A stretch of 64,000 bases of DNA, taken from the NCBI RefSeq assembly GCF_054482525.1, contig NZ_JBTHVG010000003.1. One strand, given 5' to 3'. Positions 10,436-20,857 of this stretch are shown here, in pieces. This DNA is from a plasmid. Under the pieces are notes generated by a model. That model was not told the DNA's origin. It saw nothing but the letters and a program-made list of their open reading frames with translations, and made no database searches. A program made the position numbers and the translations under genes. Each line of letters opens with the position of its first letter. The first letter of the stretch is position 1.

Positions 10436-10531
10436 TCCAGCGACACCCCCTGCGGCTCTACTACCGGGCCGCAGTCTGCTCCTGCCCAGATGGTGCCAGT
10501 GGTGTAATGAATTTGTTTAATAAGGCTAAGT

Positions 10532-11134
10532 ATGATGAATAAAGAACAACTAATCGACAAACTGGAACGCGTGGTATGTGGTCAGTACTCCTACGAAATG
10601 CAGGAGCTTGCGTATTCGGCCCTCTGCTGCATTAAAGGCACCCCGGACGACTGCGCTAAGTTCCCTGTTACGCGTCCGCTGCCTGACACCTTAGTGGACG
10701 TATGGGACGAAATCGGGCAATACCTTGGCACAGGCAAAGCCATTGAAACTCGCAGTTGCGGCGTTTCGCTTCTGCTTCATGGACACTGCTACGATTCAAA
10801 TCATGTGCTTTACTGGCGCAATGCTGGCGCACTTCCAGCAGCTTGCGATACGCCACTGGCTGGTGGGTCTCGCAAACTGTTCACCTGCTCAGCCTGTGGA
10901 GTGGACGGTCTGGATGAACCACCTGAAACCAGTTGCCACTGCTGCACAGAGGGGGCCCACTGGGTTGAGAGCAGGCTCTTCACCTCCGGGCAGGCAGACC
11001 CTGAAGAATTTAGACCCGTGGCGGTCGTGAAAGAGTGTGCAGGCTCAACGCCGGATGATCGGCTTATCTGGAGTGTGATTGAACAGCTCAACGGCGAACT
11101 GGCGGAAGGCGATAAACTATTTAAGCGACGCTGA
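10532..11134 (+). CDS. Cys-rich hypothetical protein
   Basis: ORF with several CxxC-like pairs. Confidence 0.35.
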   Translation: MMNKEQLIDKLERVVCGQYSYEMQELAYSALCCIKGTPDDCAKFPVTRPLPDTLVDVWDEIGQYLGTGKAIETRSCGVSLLLHGHCYDSNHVLYWRNAGALPAACDTPLAGGSRKLFTCSACGVDGLDEPPETSCHCCTEGAHWVESRLFTSGQADPEEFRPVAVVKECAGSTPDDRLIWSVIEQLNGELAEGDKLFKRR

Positions 11135-11187
11135 CAGATCACGGCAGCATTTATAACAGACGAACTCCAGAATAATTTAAAGCAACC

Positions 11188-11544
11188 ATGAACATGAAAA
11201 AGCCCAAAGCTGCATTACAGAATGCCATGAAAGAAGATGTGCCAGCTGTGACACAGATTCAGATGCGATCTACGGTTTCCAGAAAGGTTCGCTATGTAAA
11301 ACAGGCAAATCGAGAGGGTCTGAAATTATCTGAGTGGATGTCGCGGCATCTCGACGCTGTCTGTGATACCGCAGATGAGATTCATAAAGGCAAACGCTCA
11401 ACTCCGGTTGCGCCTGGGAAGATTCCCCCAGAGGTATACCAGGTGATATACGATCAGTGCGGCGGGTTCGTGGAGTGTGATGCTAATGCCCAGGTTATCT
11501 GGGAAGCCTGCCGTAATGCCATTCTTAACGGAGACAAAGGGTAA
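11188..11544 (+). CDS. hypothetical protein
   Basis: ORF. Confidence 0.3.
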   Translation: MNMKKPKAALQNAMKEDVPAVTQIQMRSTVSRKVRYVKQANREGLKLSEWMSRHLDAVCDTADEIHKGKRSTPVAPGKIPPEVYQVIYDQCGGFVECDANAQVIWEACRNAILNGDKG

Positions 11545-11574
11545 ACGGCAGGTATCGCCTGTCATTTTACCCTT

Positions 11575-11793
11575 GTGAGGACAATACTGATGAACCATGA
11601 GAGCCGAACTGTATACCTGAACACGGCCATTGAGGCCCTGCTGAAAGCTGAGGCGGCTCTGAACGATCTGGCATTAGCCTATGAGCTTAAACCTGATGAA
11701 AAGGCAAGCGCATGCCATCCCAGAACCGGCACACTTTCCACTGCGTCCCAGGTAAAAAAACTCCGCCGTGTCCTTGAGAAGCAGAAGGTATGA
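11575..11793 (+). CDS. hypothetical protein
   Basis: ORF. Confidence 0.25.
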   Translation: MRTILMNHESRTVYLNTAIEALLKAEAALNDLALAYELKPDEKASACHPRTGTLSTASQVKKLRRVLEKQKV

Positions 11794-12199
11794 AGGGCTG
11801 CATCAGCCAGGCCCGGATATAAATACATGCTCTGCCAGGTGAGTACCACTGCCCGGTAGCCGAATGATAAGTTTTGATTTCACGGTTGCAATTTCTCCCT
11901 CTGGCATCACTGCTCCACGATGCACCCCGATCAGCTTAGCGTCTGAAAATGAAGATGCACCGGACCTGCATGAAGCGGAACGGTGCCCAGCTGAGTGTTT
12001 GTGGGCACAATGAACCGCAATTTCATGATGGGAATGAAAGATGGCTGGTGGCCCGCTGATATGAACGCTTACCCTGCATAACGTTACTAACCACAATCTT
12101 TTCACTAAAAGAAAAAAGGGTTCCTCCGCTTTAGAGGAACCCTTTCAAAAGGTGCCGATGGCATACTAATCCACACCCTGAAAAGAGGGGGGTTGCCCC

Positions 12200-13538
12200 C
12201 ATAAGCGCTAACTTAAGGGTTGTGGTATTACGCCTGATATGATTTAACGTGCCGATGAATTACTCTCACGATAACTGGTCAGCAATTCTGGCCCATATTG
12301 GTAAGCCCGAAGAACTGGATACTTCGGCACGTAATGCCGGGGCTCTAACCCGCCGCCGCGAAATTCGTGATGCTGCAACTCTGCTACGTCTGGGGCTGGC
12401 TTACGGCCCCGGGGGGATGTCATTACGTGAAGTCACTGCATGGGCTCAGCTCCATGACGTTGCAACATTATCTGACGTGGCTCTCCTGAAGCGGCTGCGG
12501 AATGCCGCCGACTGGTTTGGCATACTTGCCGCACAAACACTTGCTGTACGCGCCGCAGTTACGGGTTGTACAAGCGGAAAGAGATTGCGTCTTGTCGATG
12601 GAACAGCAATCAGTGCGCCCGGGGGCGGCAGCGCTGAATGGCGACTACATATGGGATATGATCCTCATACCTGTCAGTTCACTGATTTTGAGCTAACCGA
12701 CAGCAGAGACGCTGAACGGCTGGACCGATTTGCGCAAACGGCAGACGAGATACGCATTGCTGACCGGGGATTCGGTTCGCGTCCCGAATGTATCCGCTCA
12801 CTTGCTTTTGGAGAAGCTGATTATATCGTCCGGGTTCACTGGCGAGGATTGCGCTGGTTAACTGCAGAAGGAATGCGCTTTGACATGATGGGTTTTCTGC
12901 GCGGGCTGGATTGCGGTAAGAACGGTGAAACCACTGTAATGATAGGCAATTCAGGTAATAAAAAAGCCGGAGCTCCCTTTCCGGCACGTCTCATTGCCGT
13001 ATCACTTCCTCCCGAAAAAGCATTAATCAGTAAAACCCGACTGCTCAGCGAGAATCGTCGAAAAGGACGAGTAGTTCAGGCGGAAACGCTGGAAGCAGCG
13101 GGCCATGTGCTATTGCTAACATCATTACCGGAAGATGAATATTCAGCAGAGCAAGTGGCTGATTGTTACCGTCTGCGATGGCAAATTGAACTGGCTTTTA
13201 AGCGGCTCAAAAGTTTGCTGCACCTGGATGCTTTGCGTGCAAAGGAACCTGAACTCGCGAAAGCGTGGATATTTGCTAATCTACTCGCCGCATTTTTAAT
13301 TGACGACATAATCCAGCCATCGCTGGATTTCCCCCCCAGAAGTGCCGGATCCGAAAAGAAGAACTAACTCGTTGTGGAGAATAACAAAAATGGTCATCTG
13401 GAGCTTACAGGTGGCCATTCGTGGGACAGTATCCCTGACAGCCTACAAAACGCAATTGAAGAACGCGAGGCATCGTCTTAACGAGGCACCGAGGCGTCGC
13501 ATTCTTCAGATGGTTCAACCCTTAAGTTAGCGCTTATG
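12200..13538 (+). mobile_element. IS186 (IS4 family), complete
   Basis: Transposase recognised from memory as IS186; terminal inverted repeats cataagcgctaacttaaggg / cccttaagttagcgcttatg; flanked by duplicated GC-rich gggggttgccccc target. Ends +/- a few bp. Confidence 0.85.
12249..13367 (+). CDS. IS186 transposase
   Basis: 372-aa ORF 'MNYSHDNWSAILAHIGKPEELD...' with IS4-family 'YRLRWQIELAFKRLK' motif. Confidence 0.85.
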   Translation: MPMNYSHDNWSAILAHIGKPEELDTSARNAGALTRRREIRDAATLLRLGLAYGPGGMSLREVTAWAQLHDVATLSDVALLKRLRNAADWFGILAAQTLAVRAAVTGCTSGKRLRLVDGTAISAPGGGSAEWRLHMGYDPHTCQFTDFELTDSRDAERLDRFAQTADEIRIADRGFGSRPECIRSLAFGEADYIVRVHWRGLRWLTAEGMRFDMMGFLRGLDCGKNGETTVMIGNSGNKKAGAPFPARLIAVSLPPEKALISKTRLLSENRRKGRVVQAETLEAAGHVLLLTSLPEDEYSAEQVADCYRLRWQIELAFKRLKSLLHLDALRAKEPELAKAWIFANLLAAFLIDDIIQPSLDFPPRSAGSEKKN

Positions 13539-13561
13539 GGGGTTGCCCCCCTCTTTGTCAG

Positions 13562-13720
13562 CTACTTACCGGATTCGTAGGCCAGGATAGCAAATACCTC
13601 CCTTGTTCCGTCTTTCATCCGCAACTCGCAAAGCGAGTTTCGTGTGAGCCAGGTGAATATCAACAGCGTTAAACAAACTATTAATATGCACAAAACAATG
13701 GGTTGGTTCGGCATTTTCAT
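13562..13720 (-). CDS. hok: Hok/Gef-family type I toxin
   Basis: 52-aa product '[52 protein letters not shown]' closely resembles Hok/FlmA; an overlapping mok-like extension reaches 13777. Confidence 0.75.
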   Translation of the reverse strand: MKMPNQPIVLCILIVCLTLLIFTWLTRNSLCELRMKDGTREVFAILAYESGK

Positions 13721-13818
13721 GGCCTTCTTCTCCTTGCATTTAAGCAGGCAAGAGGCTACGCTGTGTGTGACTAGCATACAGGGGCCTCGGGTTGTACTGA
13801 CCCCAGAAAGTTGGACAG

Positions 13819-14670
13819 TTAAACACGAGGCATATAGGTCTGATTCCGATATTCAATTGGAGTCAGACCTTTTAATTTCAGGCTAATTCTTCTGCTGTTG
13901 TAGTATTCAATATATTCCGTAACAGCATCCTTCAGCTCGCTTATATTACTGAACTCATCAAGATAAAAACACTCCGACTTTAAGGTTCCAAAGAAACACT
14001 CCACCACAGCATTATCCAGACAATTGCCTTTTCTGGACATGCTTTGTTTAATACCATGTTCTTTAAGGATATTTTGATATCTTCTCATACGATACTGCCA
14101 TCCCTGGTCAGAGTGCAGAACAGGATGCTCGTGAGGATTAAGCTTTTTGAATGCCTGATCGAGCATATTCTCGACCATGTTCATCACTGGTCTTTCCGAA
14201 AGGCTGTAAGAAATAACTTCGTTGTTGAAGAGATCTATTACTGGAGACAAATACAGCTTGCGCCCATTGACTGCAAATTCAGTAACATCGGTAACCCACT
14301 TCTCGTTTGGCCGCGTAGCCTTGAAATCTCTTTGGAGAACATTGGGGGCGGTTTGCCCTACCTCTCCTCTGTAAGAGCGGTATCGCTTGACCTTAATCGC
14401 TGCCTTCAGTGAGAGGATTCCCATCAGGCGCTGAACAGCTTTATGGTTAATCTGTTTCCCTTCTCGATGAAGAGACAGCGTTACCCTACGGTATCCGTAT
14501 CGGCCTCTATTCTCATGATAAATCTCACCAATACGCTTTTTAACGTCCGCATACTTGTCAGGCTTGCTGAGAGCCTTTAGATGGTAATAAAACGTACTGC
14601 GCGGTATCTCCGCAGCCCTGAGAAGCTCATCAAGAGGATAAAACTGCCTTAGCTCGTTGAGTACTTTCAC
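13819..14670 (-). CDS. IS150 OrfB (IS3-family transposase catalytic part)
   Basis: 283-aa ORF overlapping orfA end; DDE integrase-like. Confidence 0.8.
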   Translation of the reverse strand: MKVLNELRQFYPLDELLRAAEIPRSTFYYHLKALSKPDKYADVKKRIGEIYHENRGRYGYRRVTLSLHREGKQINHKAVQRLMGILSLKAAIKVKRYRSYRGEVGQTAPNVLQRDFKATRPNEKWVTDVTEFAVNGRKLYLSPVIDLFNNEVISYSLSERPVMNMVENMLDQAFKKLNPHEHPVLHSDQGWQYRMRRYQNILKEHGIKQSMSRKGNCLDNAVVECFFGTLKSECFYLDEFSNISELKDAVTEYIEYYNSRRISLKLKGLTPIEYRNQTYMPRV

Positions 14671-15188
14671 TTTTTCGTGGGATGAGCTAAGGCTTTCAGC
14701 TTTTTTAGATACACAAGCCGCGTTTCAAGAAATCGAACTTGCCTTTCAAGATCCTCAATGCGTCGGTCTTTTGACAGCTCCAATGCTGATGCCGCTTTTT
14801 CTGGATCAACTGATATTGCAATGTTTCTTTTGGTGCCAATCTTGAGCGCGCGTAAACCAGCTTCTCCGCGCTCTTCATAAACCTTCAGCCACCTGGCTAC
14901 AGAACCACTACCAGCAAGCATAAAGTGAGCAGCAGCCTGATTAAGGGACATGTGCTGCTCGATCACCGCTTTCACGACCTTAATACGCAACTCAGGATCA
15001 GCACTAACACCTTTAGGTTTGGGAATTAAACCTTTTTCTCCATGTTTTTCATAGAGGGCAACCCATGTCCTGACCTGGGTTCGGGGGACACCAAAACGTG
15101 CCGAGATGATCCTGTAACCATCATCAGTAGTGAAGTAGTGATTCACGACTTCAAGGCGCTTTTCAAAAGGGTATTTTGGCTTTGACAT
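14667..15188 (-). CDS. IS150 OrfA (IS3-family transposase N-terminal HTH part)
   Basis: 173-aa ORF inside IS150. Confidence 0.8.
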   Translation of the reverse strand: MSKPKYPFEKRLEVVNHYFTTDDGYRIISARFGVPRTQVRTWVALYEKHGEKGLIPKPKGVSADPELRIKVVKAVIEQHMSLNQAAAHFMLAGSGSVARWLKVYEERGEAGLRALKIGTKRNIAISVDPEKAASALELSKDRRIEDLERQVRFLETRLVYLKKLKALAHPTKK

Positions 15189-15520
15189 ATCAGGGGCTAT
15201 TCCATTTCATCGTCCAACAAAATGGGTGCAGTACAGGTTAATTGAAAAATTACTCGGGGCTTTCTGCTTTTACCACAGTCAAACAGTGTTACCGCTGGCT
15301 GGGGCAAAAGCCTCCAGCACCAGCGTCATTATATCACTCTGCCCTGATCAGCCAAACACCCTGCCTGCATAAATCATTGATTTATAATTTATTTGACATG
15401 AGTCACTTCCGGTTGTCGGAGACAGTCTTTTTACACTAAAGAAAAGGGTAACGGGCAGCTGCTTGGTCGGAACATACAGTGCAGTTCCTGCCCGTTTAAT
15501 TTCCGGATGCAATGGTAGGA

Positions 15521-16126
15521 TCAGGAGGCACTGGTTCCGTTGATTAGGGAAAGCTTATGTGCCTGAATACGGCTGTATTCGAGATGGGATGGAATATTAC
15601 AGATGCGCTCCAGTCGATCATGCAGCCTCGTGTAGGTCAGTCGATGAATACCGGACATTTCATCAAGTAGCCAGCGCTTGATGTAAGGGTTACAGGAAAG
15701 CCGGGCAAGATCGTCGTCATCCACTTCGTCAAAGAACCAGTACTGCTCCATCGGGACTACCTGAAATATCCACGGCCGGGGATAGTCCCCTGTGACAACC
15801 AAAAACCATGCGAGAAAGCATAGACACAGCTCAACGATCATCAGCATCGAAAATTGCGAATAACTTAGACCAGGCACATAGGGTGAACTATCCGCAACAT
15901 ACCCCCTGAACAATTCCGCCACAAGGTAGCCCAATAGCGACAAGGCCAGCATCAGGGTCAGGATTAATCCCCCATTAAACGCTACCGAAGCCTTTTGAAC
16001 CCGATCAGGTGCTGTCCGGCTGCGATAGTTGGTCACTACTCTTTCTACAAGTGCCCTTATGGCAGCCTGTTCTTTACTGACATCAGCTCCGGAAAAACCG
16101 GACGGGCTTTTATTTAATTCAGTCAT
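15521..16126 (-). CDS. integral membrane hypothetical protein
   Basis: ORF with several hydrophobic helices. Confidence 0.4.
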   Translation of the reverse strand: MTELNKSPSGFSGADVSKEQAAIRALVERVVTNYRSRTAPDRVQKASVAFNGGLILTLMLALSLLGYLVAELFRGYVADSSPYVPGLSYSQFSMLMIVELCLCFLAWFLVVTGDYPRPWIFQVVPMEQYWFFDEVDDDDLARLSCNPYIKRWLLDEMSGIHRLTYTRLHDRLERICNIPSHLEYSRIQAHKLSLINGTSAS

Positions 16127-16341
16127 ACCCCACTCCTGTTATGTGCTCTACTGAACAAACACGTAGATCATACAGAGCTCACGGACGCACTCCTGCCAGA
16201 TAAAGGAGGGAATTTGGCTGTAAGACGGTTAGCCAACAGTTCAGGTTATGCGTGGGATCCGGCCAGTCAGAAAGGATTCCGTTATTAACAGGCAAGGTTA
16301 AAGGCAGATGGACGTTGAAATTGTGGATGCTAAAAGGGGTA

Positions 16342-16623
16342 TTACTCTTTTTCCTGCATAGCGGCTTTTTCAGCCCGGGTGGCCAGGCGAGCATTTCCGA
16401 AAGGTTCACGGACAAGCAGGGGCTTCTCCTTCTTCCAGCCCCTGATAGCCGTTTCTCCAAAACGACGTGGTGCATTGCCGTTCCAGCGAGCAATCACATG
16501 ATTATCATGAATTTCTATAATGACAACGGGGTGGACAATGACCGTTGTAATGGTGGTATTTCCCATTTTGGTACGGGTTACAGACCAAACCTGCATCCCG
16601 GATTCCAGCTGGCTGATTTTCAT
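16342..16623 (-). CDS. hypothetical protein
   Basis: ORF. Confidence 0.3.
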   Translation of the reverse strand: MKISQLESGMQVWSVTRTKMGNTTITTVIVHPVVIIEIHDNHVIARWNGNAPRRFGETAIRGWKKEKPLLVREPFGNARLATRAEKAAMQEKE

Positions 16624-16997
16624 ATTATATCCTTAAGCCAACACGAACTGCGCCACAAAAATTAATGTGGCGCAATTTACCATAAACAATAAACATCAGA
16701 TACCCGTGAAGAGATTTCCCTTTATTTTAAAATTCTTCTGGAGAAAAAATGATATTTCCAGAAGAAGTCAGCGAAATTCAGAAACGGCCATCACAATGGT
16801 GCTGCGCTGACGCTGGCGTTCTGCCTTGCGCTGCCTGCGGCGATAGATCTATTTTGCGCTGACGTAAGGGCAGTCCTCACGGGTATACCAGCAGCAGCCG
16901 CAAGGTTCGGGCCGGGGTTTTCCGGCAAGTCCAAATGGTTTCATCAAGTCACCTTTTTAATATTTTTAATGGCAAGATACTTCCCTAACACATTGTT

Positions 16998-17309
16998 TTA
17001 TCGCATATAACGCTGTTGCATAAACAGATACAGATAACCCTCAGGAGAAAACATGCAAAGGTTATCAGTGATAACCGCATCCAGATACCGAGTGTCAGTC
17101 TGTAAACGTTTTATCACCAGAAAATGTGCTGCCGCAGCCTTAATGCCAGAACTACCGTTTACAACATTATGTATACCCGCTTCGAATAACGAACGAGCAT
17201 GAATTACCTTTTCCCGGGCCGCTTCGATCTCCGCATTAATAACGCATTGCCGCGCCTGGATGACTGCCTCTCCGGTTAAATCGCGGAAATTCATTAGAGA
17301 TGTGATCAT
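16998..17309 (-). CDS. hypothetical protein
   Basis: ORF; GGTTATTAG-like box upstream. Confidence 0.3.
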   Translation of the reverse strand: MITSLMNFRDLTGEAVIQARQCVINAEIEAAREKVIHARSLFEAGIHNVVNGSSGIKAAAAHFLVIKRLQTDTRYLDAVITDNLCMFSPEGYLYLFMQQRYMR

Positions 17310-17531
17310 GATTAACTCTCCAGATTATGTGGAATCATTATAACAACTGGCATCCCGCCACAAATAACCTGAGAAAAATTCTTTGAAATATTCCTATATA
17401 TAAGGAATTACAGTCGGAAAAGAAACGATGAAATAGCGCCGACCGCTTAAAATCGATAAATTAAAATGGACGGCACTGGAATGAAAAACTGAAAGTAGTA
17501 AGACCGTAATTATCCTTCACGGATGTAAGCT

Positions 17532-17732
17532 TTATAAGAGGAGTACTGGCAAAGCTTTGCCAAGTACTTCGGCGGTTGTGTCTACGATTTTACGGATGTC
17601 ATCGATCTGCGAAGGCTTATTCAACACCACCGTAAAAAGCTCTCCTTCGTTATCAGCCTGCTCGCAGTTTCCGTATCGGCTCCCGTCGTACAGCTGCACA
17701 ATACGTGACATAGAAGACTTTGTTTGTTTCAT
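17532..17732 (-). CDS. hypothetical small protein
   Basis: ORF directly downstream of small paralog A. Confidence 0.3.
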   Translation of the reverse strand: MKQTKSSMSRIVQLYDGSRYGNCEQADNEGELFTVVLNKPSQIDDIRKIVDTTAEVLGKALPVLLL

Positions 17733-17771
17733 GGCTTTGCACCTGCTTTTAGGCAGTTTGGTTACTGGTTA

Positions 17772-17996
17772 TCAGAAGCTGGTTTCATGCGCTTCCGGCT
17801 GGGACACGAACTGGTATTTGACGCCGCCAGGCACACCTACTGCTTCGGCAATAGAGTCGCAAAGCCGCGATAAATCATTTAGTGTCATCGGATATTCAAT
17901 ATCTACAGAATATAAAGCACCTGCATTTTCAGCATCTTCGATGTTTTTATACTGGGCACTAAATATAGCAATGGTCTGAATTTCGTGGTTATGCAT
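17772..17996 (-). CDS. small conserved protein, paralog A of 22961-23200
   Basis: Shares 'D(I)E(Y/H)PMTLNDLS(R/L)LC(D/E)S(I/V)A(E/D)AVG(V/A)PGG(V/I)KY' with the 22961-23200 product. Confidence 0.45.
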   Translation of the reverse strand: MHNHEIQTIAIFSAQYKNIEDAENAGALYSVDIEYPMTLNDLSRLCDSIAEAVGVPGGVKYQFVSQPEAHETSF

Positions 17997-18050
17997 GAAC
18001 CGGTCCTTATTAAATTATAAAAGCCACCCGAGAGTGGCCTGAGTTGAAAC

Positions 18051-18254
18051 TTAAATCTGTGAAGTATTTTTGAGAGATTTTTTGCGATCCAGATGCCGGG
18101 CAACAATGGTTCCGATAACAAGTAGCATGATGACCGCACTGAAGAAGGTGCTGTCAGGGACGCCCTGGAAAAAATCACTGAAACTGTAAACAATAAAAAT
18201 CAATGCGCAAAAATAGAAAACGATACGAACATAAGGGGTAAAAAACATTTTCAT
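18051..18254 (-). CDS. small membrane protein (hypothetical)
   Basis: ORF with two hydrophobic helices; palindromic motif ~140 bp upstream. Confidence 0.35.
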   Translation of the reverse strand: MKMFFTPYVRIVFYFCALIFIVYSFSDFFQGVPDSTFFSAVIMLLVIGTIVARHLDRKKSLKNTSQI

Positions 18255-18390
18255 CGGTTGCCTTCCATTCAGGGAGAATTCTCAGTAATTACATCACACC
18301 TGAAGAGAAACTATTTTCGTATAAATGAGCATTTTCGACATATCAGAGGGGGGGTTTACTCATAAATGAGGTAGTAAGGGTCACACTTGA

Positions 18391-18407
18391 GGTGAAAGTT
18401 ACTTTCC
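18391..18407. promoter_or_regulatory. palindromic motif copy (ggtgaaagttactttcc)
   Basis: Read directly; 5' of 18051-18254. Confidence 0.4.
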
Positions 18408-18806
18408 TGGCTGCGAACGAACTATCTCAAATGTTAGAGGTGTGCGTTCGCCTTGAGAGCCTCATGCCCTGAGGAGCTCAACTTGAGCCGATAGTATAAA
18501 CCTGGCTCCAGATGGCTTGCTGGCTGGCATAACTCCACGAGGCCGAGCCGGAACAGGACCGGAGAGCTCCTGCACGTCACATCATCAGGATTCCCCATAA
18601 ACGTACGCCGTTCTCTGGCCCGTCTGAAATTGCCAGAGATATCATAGACCGTGCCGGATGCCATCCGTCGTAACACGTAAATCTGTGCCATTGTAAGCTT
18701 CTGGGCGGAACTGCTTAAACCTGACATACCTTCCCCTCCTTATATAAAACAATCCGCCAGCAGCTCGACTGGCGGACAATGTTTGACTGGCAACAGCAAG
18801 GACATA

Positions 18807-19298
18807 CTATTTAGTGACAAGTTTGATCTTGGTTTCACTCATTCGAAGTCGAAACTCCTGAAAACCCTGCTCTACCGCTAACTCCAGCCACTCAACGGGA
18901 ATGGTATAGCTACAATCAGACCCACCCAAAGCGGCATCACAAGCGTAATCCCAGTCCTCATCCAGTTTTGGATTCATCCCCTGGGCGTAAGCCACAGTAT
19001 CGCGGGATGCGGGAGAGCCCTCAAGCTCAGCATTAGTGATCAGGTATACACCATGACTGTGCGCGAGAAGCACTTTTGGCACCAGATGTGTGCTGGCAAT
19101 TTTTGAGGATGAGGGAAAGAAAACCCTACCAGCTTTACGCGCCTCTTCTTCAGTCTGTCCCTCAGCGTTAAGGAGGGCTCCCCCCGGATAGCATGCCGGG
19201 TCATAGATCTGATCTGCGGTGACCGAAAACGTTTTTGCGGTGCGAATTTCTTCGATCAGTTTATTAATATCCGCCATTTCAAATACGAGAGTGGTCAC
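18807..19298 (-). CDS. hypothetical protein
   Basis: ORF; probable GTG start coupled to upstream gene. Confidence 0.4.
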   Translation of the reverse strand: MTTLVFEMADINKLIEEIRTAKTFSVTADQIYDPACYPGGALLNAEGQTEEEARKAGRVFFPSSSKIASTHLVPKVLLAHSHGVYLITNAELEGSPASRDTVAYAQGMNPKLDEDWDYACDAALGGSDCSYTIPVEWLELAVEQGFQEFRLRMSETKIKLVTK

Positions 19299-19302
19299 AG
19301 GC

Positions 19303-19614
19303 TTACTCTCCCTCTTCAGTGGACAACATCAGATACTTTGTTGCCAGCAGAAGCTCTCCCACATCCTTGAGGGACAATTCAGCTTTGCCTTCTACGGCAA
19401 GCTGCAAGCGCTGTCGAATTGCATGAACAGAATCTGAAGATAAAGATGCCATTTTGCGCAAAACGGCATTAGCCTTTTCTACAGCAGGATACAGAATTTC
19501 TGAGTTGGTATTATCTTCGTCATTATCAAAGATAATTTCAGAATCCATATTGATGTTATCTTCAAGCCAGCTTGAAAGCACTTCAAGTAATGACATCACC
19601 TTTTCAATTTGCAT
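19303..19614 (-). CDS. acidic hypothetical protein
   Basis: ATG at 19614 with GGAGG 7 bp upstream; the ORF-track start at 19650 is a TTG extension. Confidence 0.4.
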   Translation of the reverse strand: MQIEKVMSLLEVLSSWLEDNINMDSEIIFDNDEDNTNSEILYPAVEKANAVLRKMASLSSDSVHAIRQRLQLAVEGKAELSLKDVGELLLATKYLMLSTEEGE

Positions 19615-19660
19615 ATCGCCTCCTCTGTTAATGTGAAACAAATATAACAAAGTGGCTTAC

Positions 19661-19677
19661 CCGGCTAATAACCTGAG
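19661..19677 (-). promoter_or_regulatory. CTCAGGTTATTAGCC-type box
   Basis: Gene-orientation sequence ctcaggttattagccgg, ~50 nt 5' of ATG 19614. Confidence 0.35.
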
Positions 19678-20129
19678 CAGAAAGTTTTCGCACTTTGTTT
19701 GAAAACAACTTTTCTGCTCAGGTTAATGTTAAAGTCGCTGTGTAAAAGATAAAGGGCACTAAAGATGATTTAAGCATCAAACAGACTAAATCGGATTCCG
19801 TCTTTTATATCGCTTTTAAAATAGAATGAATGAAATATAAATTTAGCGTTTATGATTGAACGCTGTAGAGGTTGATTTATCCAGTGATATTCAGTTTGGG
19901 GCCTTAAAAAGGTTTTATTTTGGATTCGAATTACAAAGGGAGCACCGACATTTTTCTGGGGGCTCCCGCAGAGAAAAAGCGGTGAGGCTATGAAGACGAA
20001 GAGGAGGTATTCGACGAAATACTGTATGGCCACAGGAGAGCTTCAGCACCCATATCCTGCCGTCTCGCTCGCCTGTAATGATTTCAACATGTACAACGTC
20101 ATACCACGTAGTTGTATTTCTCACTTTGT

Positions 20130-20450
20130 TTATGCTTCCTGACACCGTGTGAACGCAATCTTCGTCTGGATGCGTTCATAGATGGAAAACTGCCTTTCAA
20201 TGGAACCGGCATTAGACAGTAATTCATGAAGCTCAGCAGAGTCTGTATCGGGAACGATAGCTACAGAAACTCCATATCTCCGTCCAATTTTGATTAGGTG
20301 CGCAAGCTGTTCTTTTTCGGATTCTGTGAGCATTGCCAGATCTCTTCCGGACACCTGCTCTATAAACGAACCAAGGTTTTTGGGAAAAAAGGGTTCGGCA
20401 TCAGAGTTATGTGCTGGGCGCGTCTGCGGCTTATCGAAGCTATTGGGCAT
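20130..20450 (-). CDS. hypothetical protein
   Basis: ORF; palindromic motif ~150 bp upstream. Confidence 0.35.
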   Translation of the reverse strand: MPNSFDKPQTRPAHNSDAEPFFPKNLGSFIEQVSGRDLAMLTESEKEQLAHLIKIGRRYGVSVAIVPDTDSAELHELLSNAGSIERQFSIYERIQTKIAFTRCQEA

Positions 20451-20599
20451 GAATAGAACCTATACAGTTAGAGAACTGGAGAATGGATAAAGACTCTATG
20501 AAAATCAGTTGTGCTACACTCGAATGCTAATCAAGCTTTATGATGGCTTTAGTAGGGATGGCCGTCAACTTAAACCGATAAGAAGGGAGCCATTTATCG

Positions 20600-20614
20600 T
20601 TAAAGTAACTTTCC
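20600..20614. promoter_or_regulatory. palindromic motif copy (ttaaagtaactttcc)
   Basis: Read directly; 5' of 20130-20450. Confidence 0.4.
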
Positions 20615-20629
20615 CGGATGATGCTCTTT

Positions 20630-20857
20630 TTACGAAATAAGTTTCTCACACTCCTGTATAAGAGTCGCCCTGGAACGAGATCGACTGGCTTTGCTTAATG
20701 AAGAGCGTAGTTGATGTTCATCAACCCCATCAGCGATAAACTGACCGATTTTTGTTTCAAGCCGCTGCATTGCCTCGTAAAGCTTGGCATCCGCATTATT
20801 TTTAAGAAACCTCAGTATATAATCAGCAATAATTTGGACGGGAGTGAACTTATACAT
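20630..20857 (-). CDS. hypothetical small protein
   Basis: ORF. Confidence 0.3.
   Translation of the reverse strand: MYKFTPVQIIADYILRFLKNNADAKLYEAMQRLETKIGQFIADGVDEHQLRSSLSKASRSRSRATLIQECEKLIS

Larger units (their letters stand above)
13793..15235 (-). mobile_element. IS150 (IS3 family), complete
   Basis: 1443 bp; ends tgtactgacccc... / ...gggtgcagtaca; 3-bp direct repeat GGT on both flanks; two ORFs overlapping by 4 nt (frameshift window). Confidence 0.85.

Noticed and set aside
12110-12150. Hairpin aagggttcctc-cgcttt-agaggaaccctt followed by a T-run on the minus strand
   Set aside because: Plausible terminator but not clearly attached to any minus-strand gene in its present IS-disrupted context.
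16800-16943. 31-codon Cys-rich minus-strand ORF (MKPFGLAGKPRPEPCGCCWYTREDCPYVSAK)
   Set aside because: Too short and without recognisable RBS or homology to call; could be chance in a GC-rich stretch.
19770-20145. Two minus-strand ORFs (87 and 76 aa) in the long leader upstream of 19303-19614
   Set aside because: Low-complexity, AT-rich translations without convincing RBS or start; the region looks like a structured non-coding leader.
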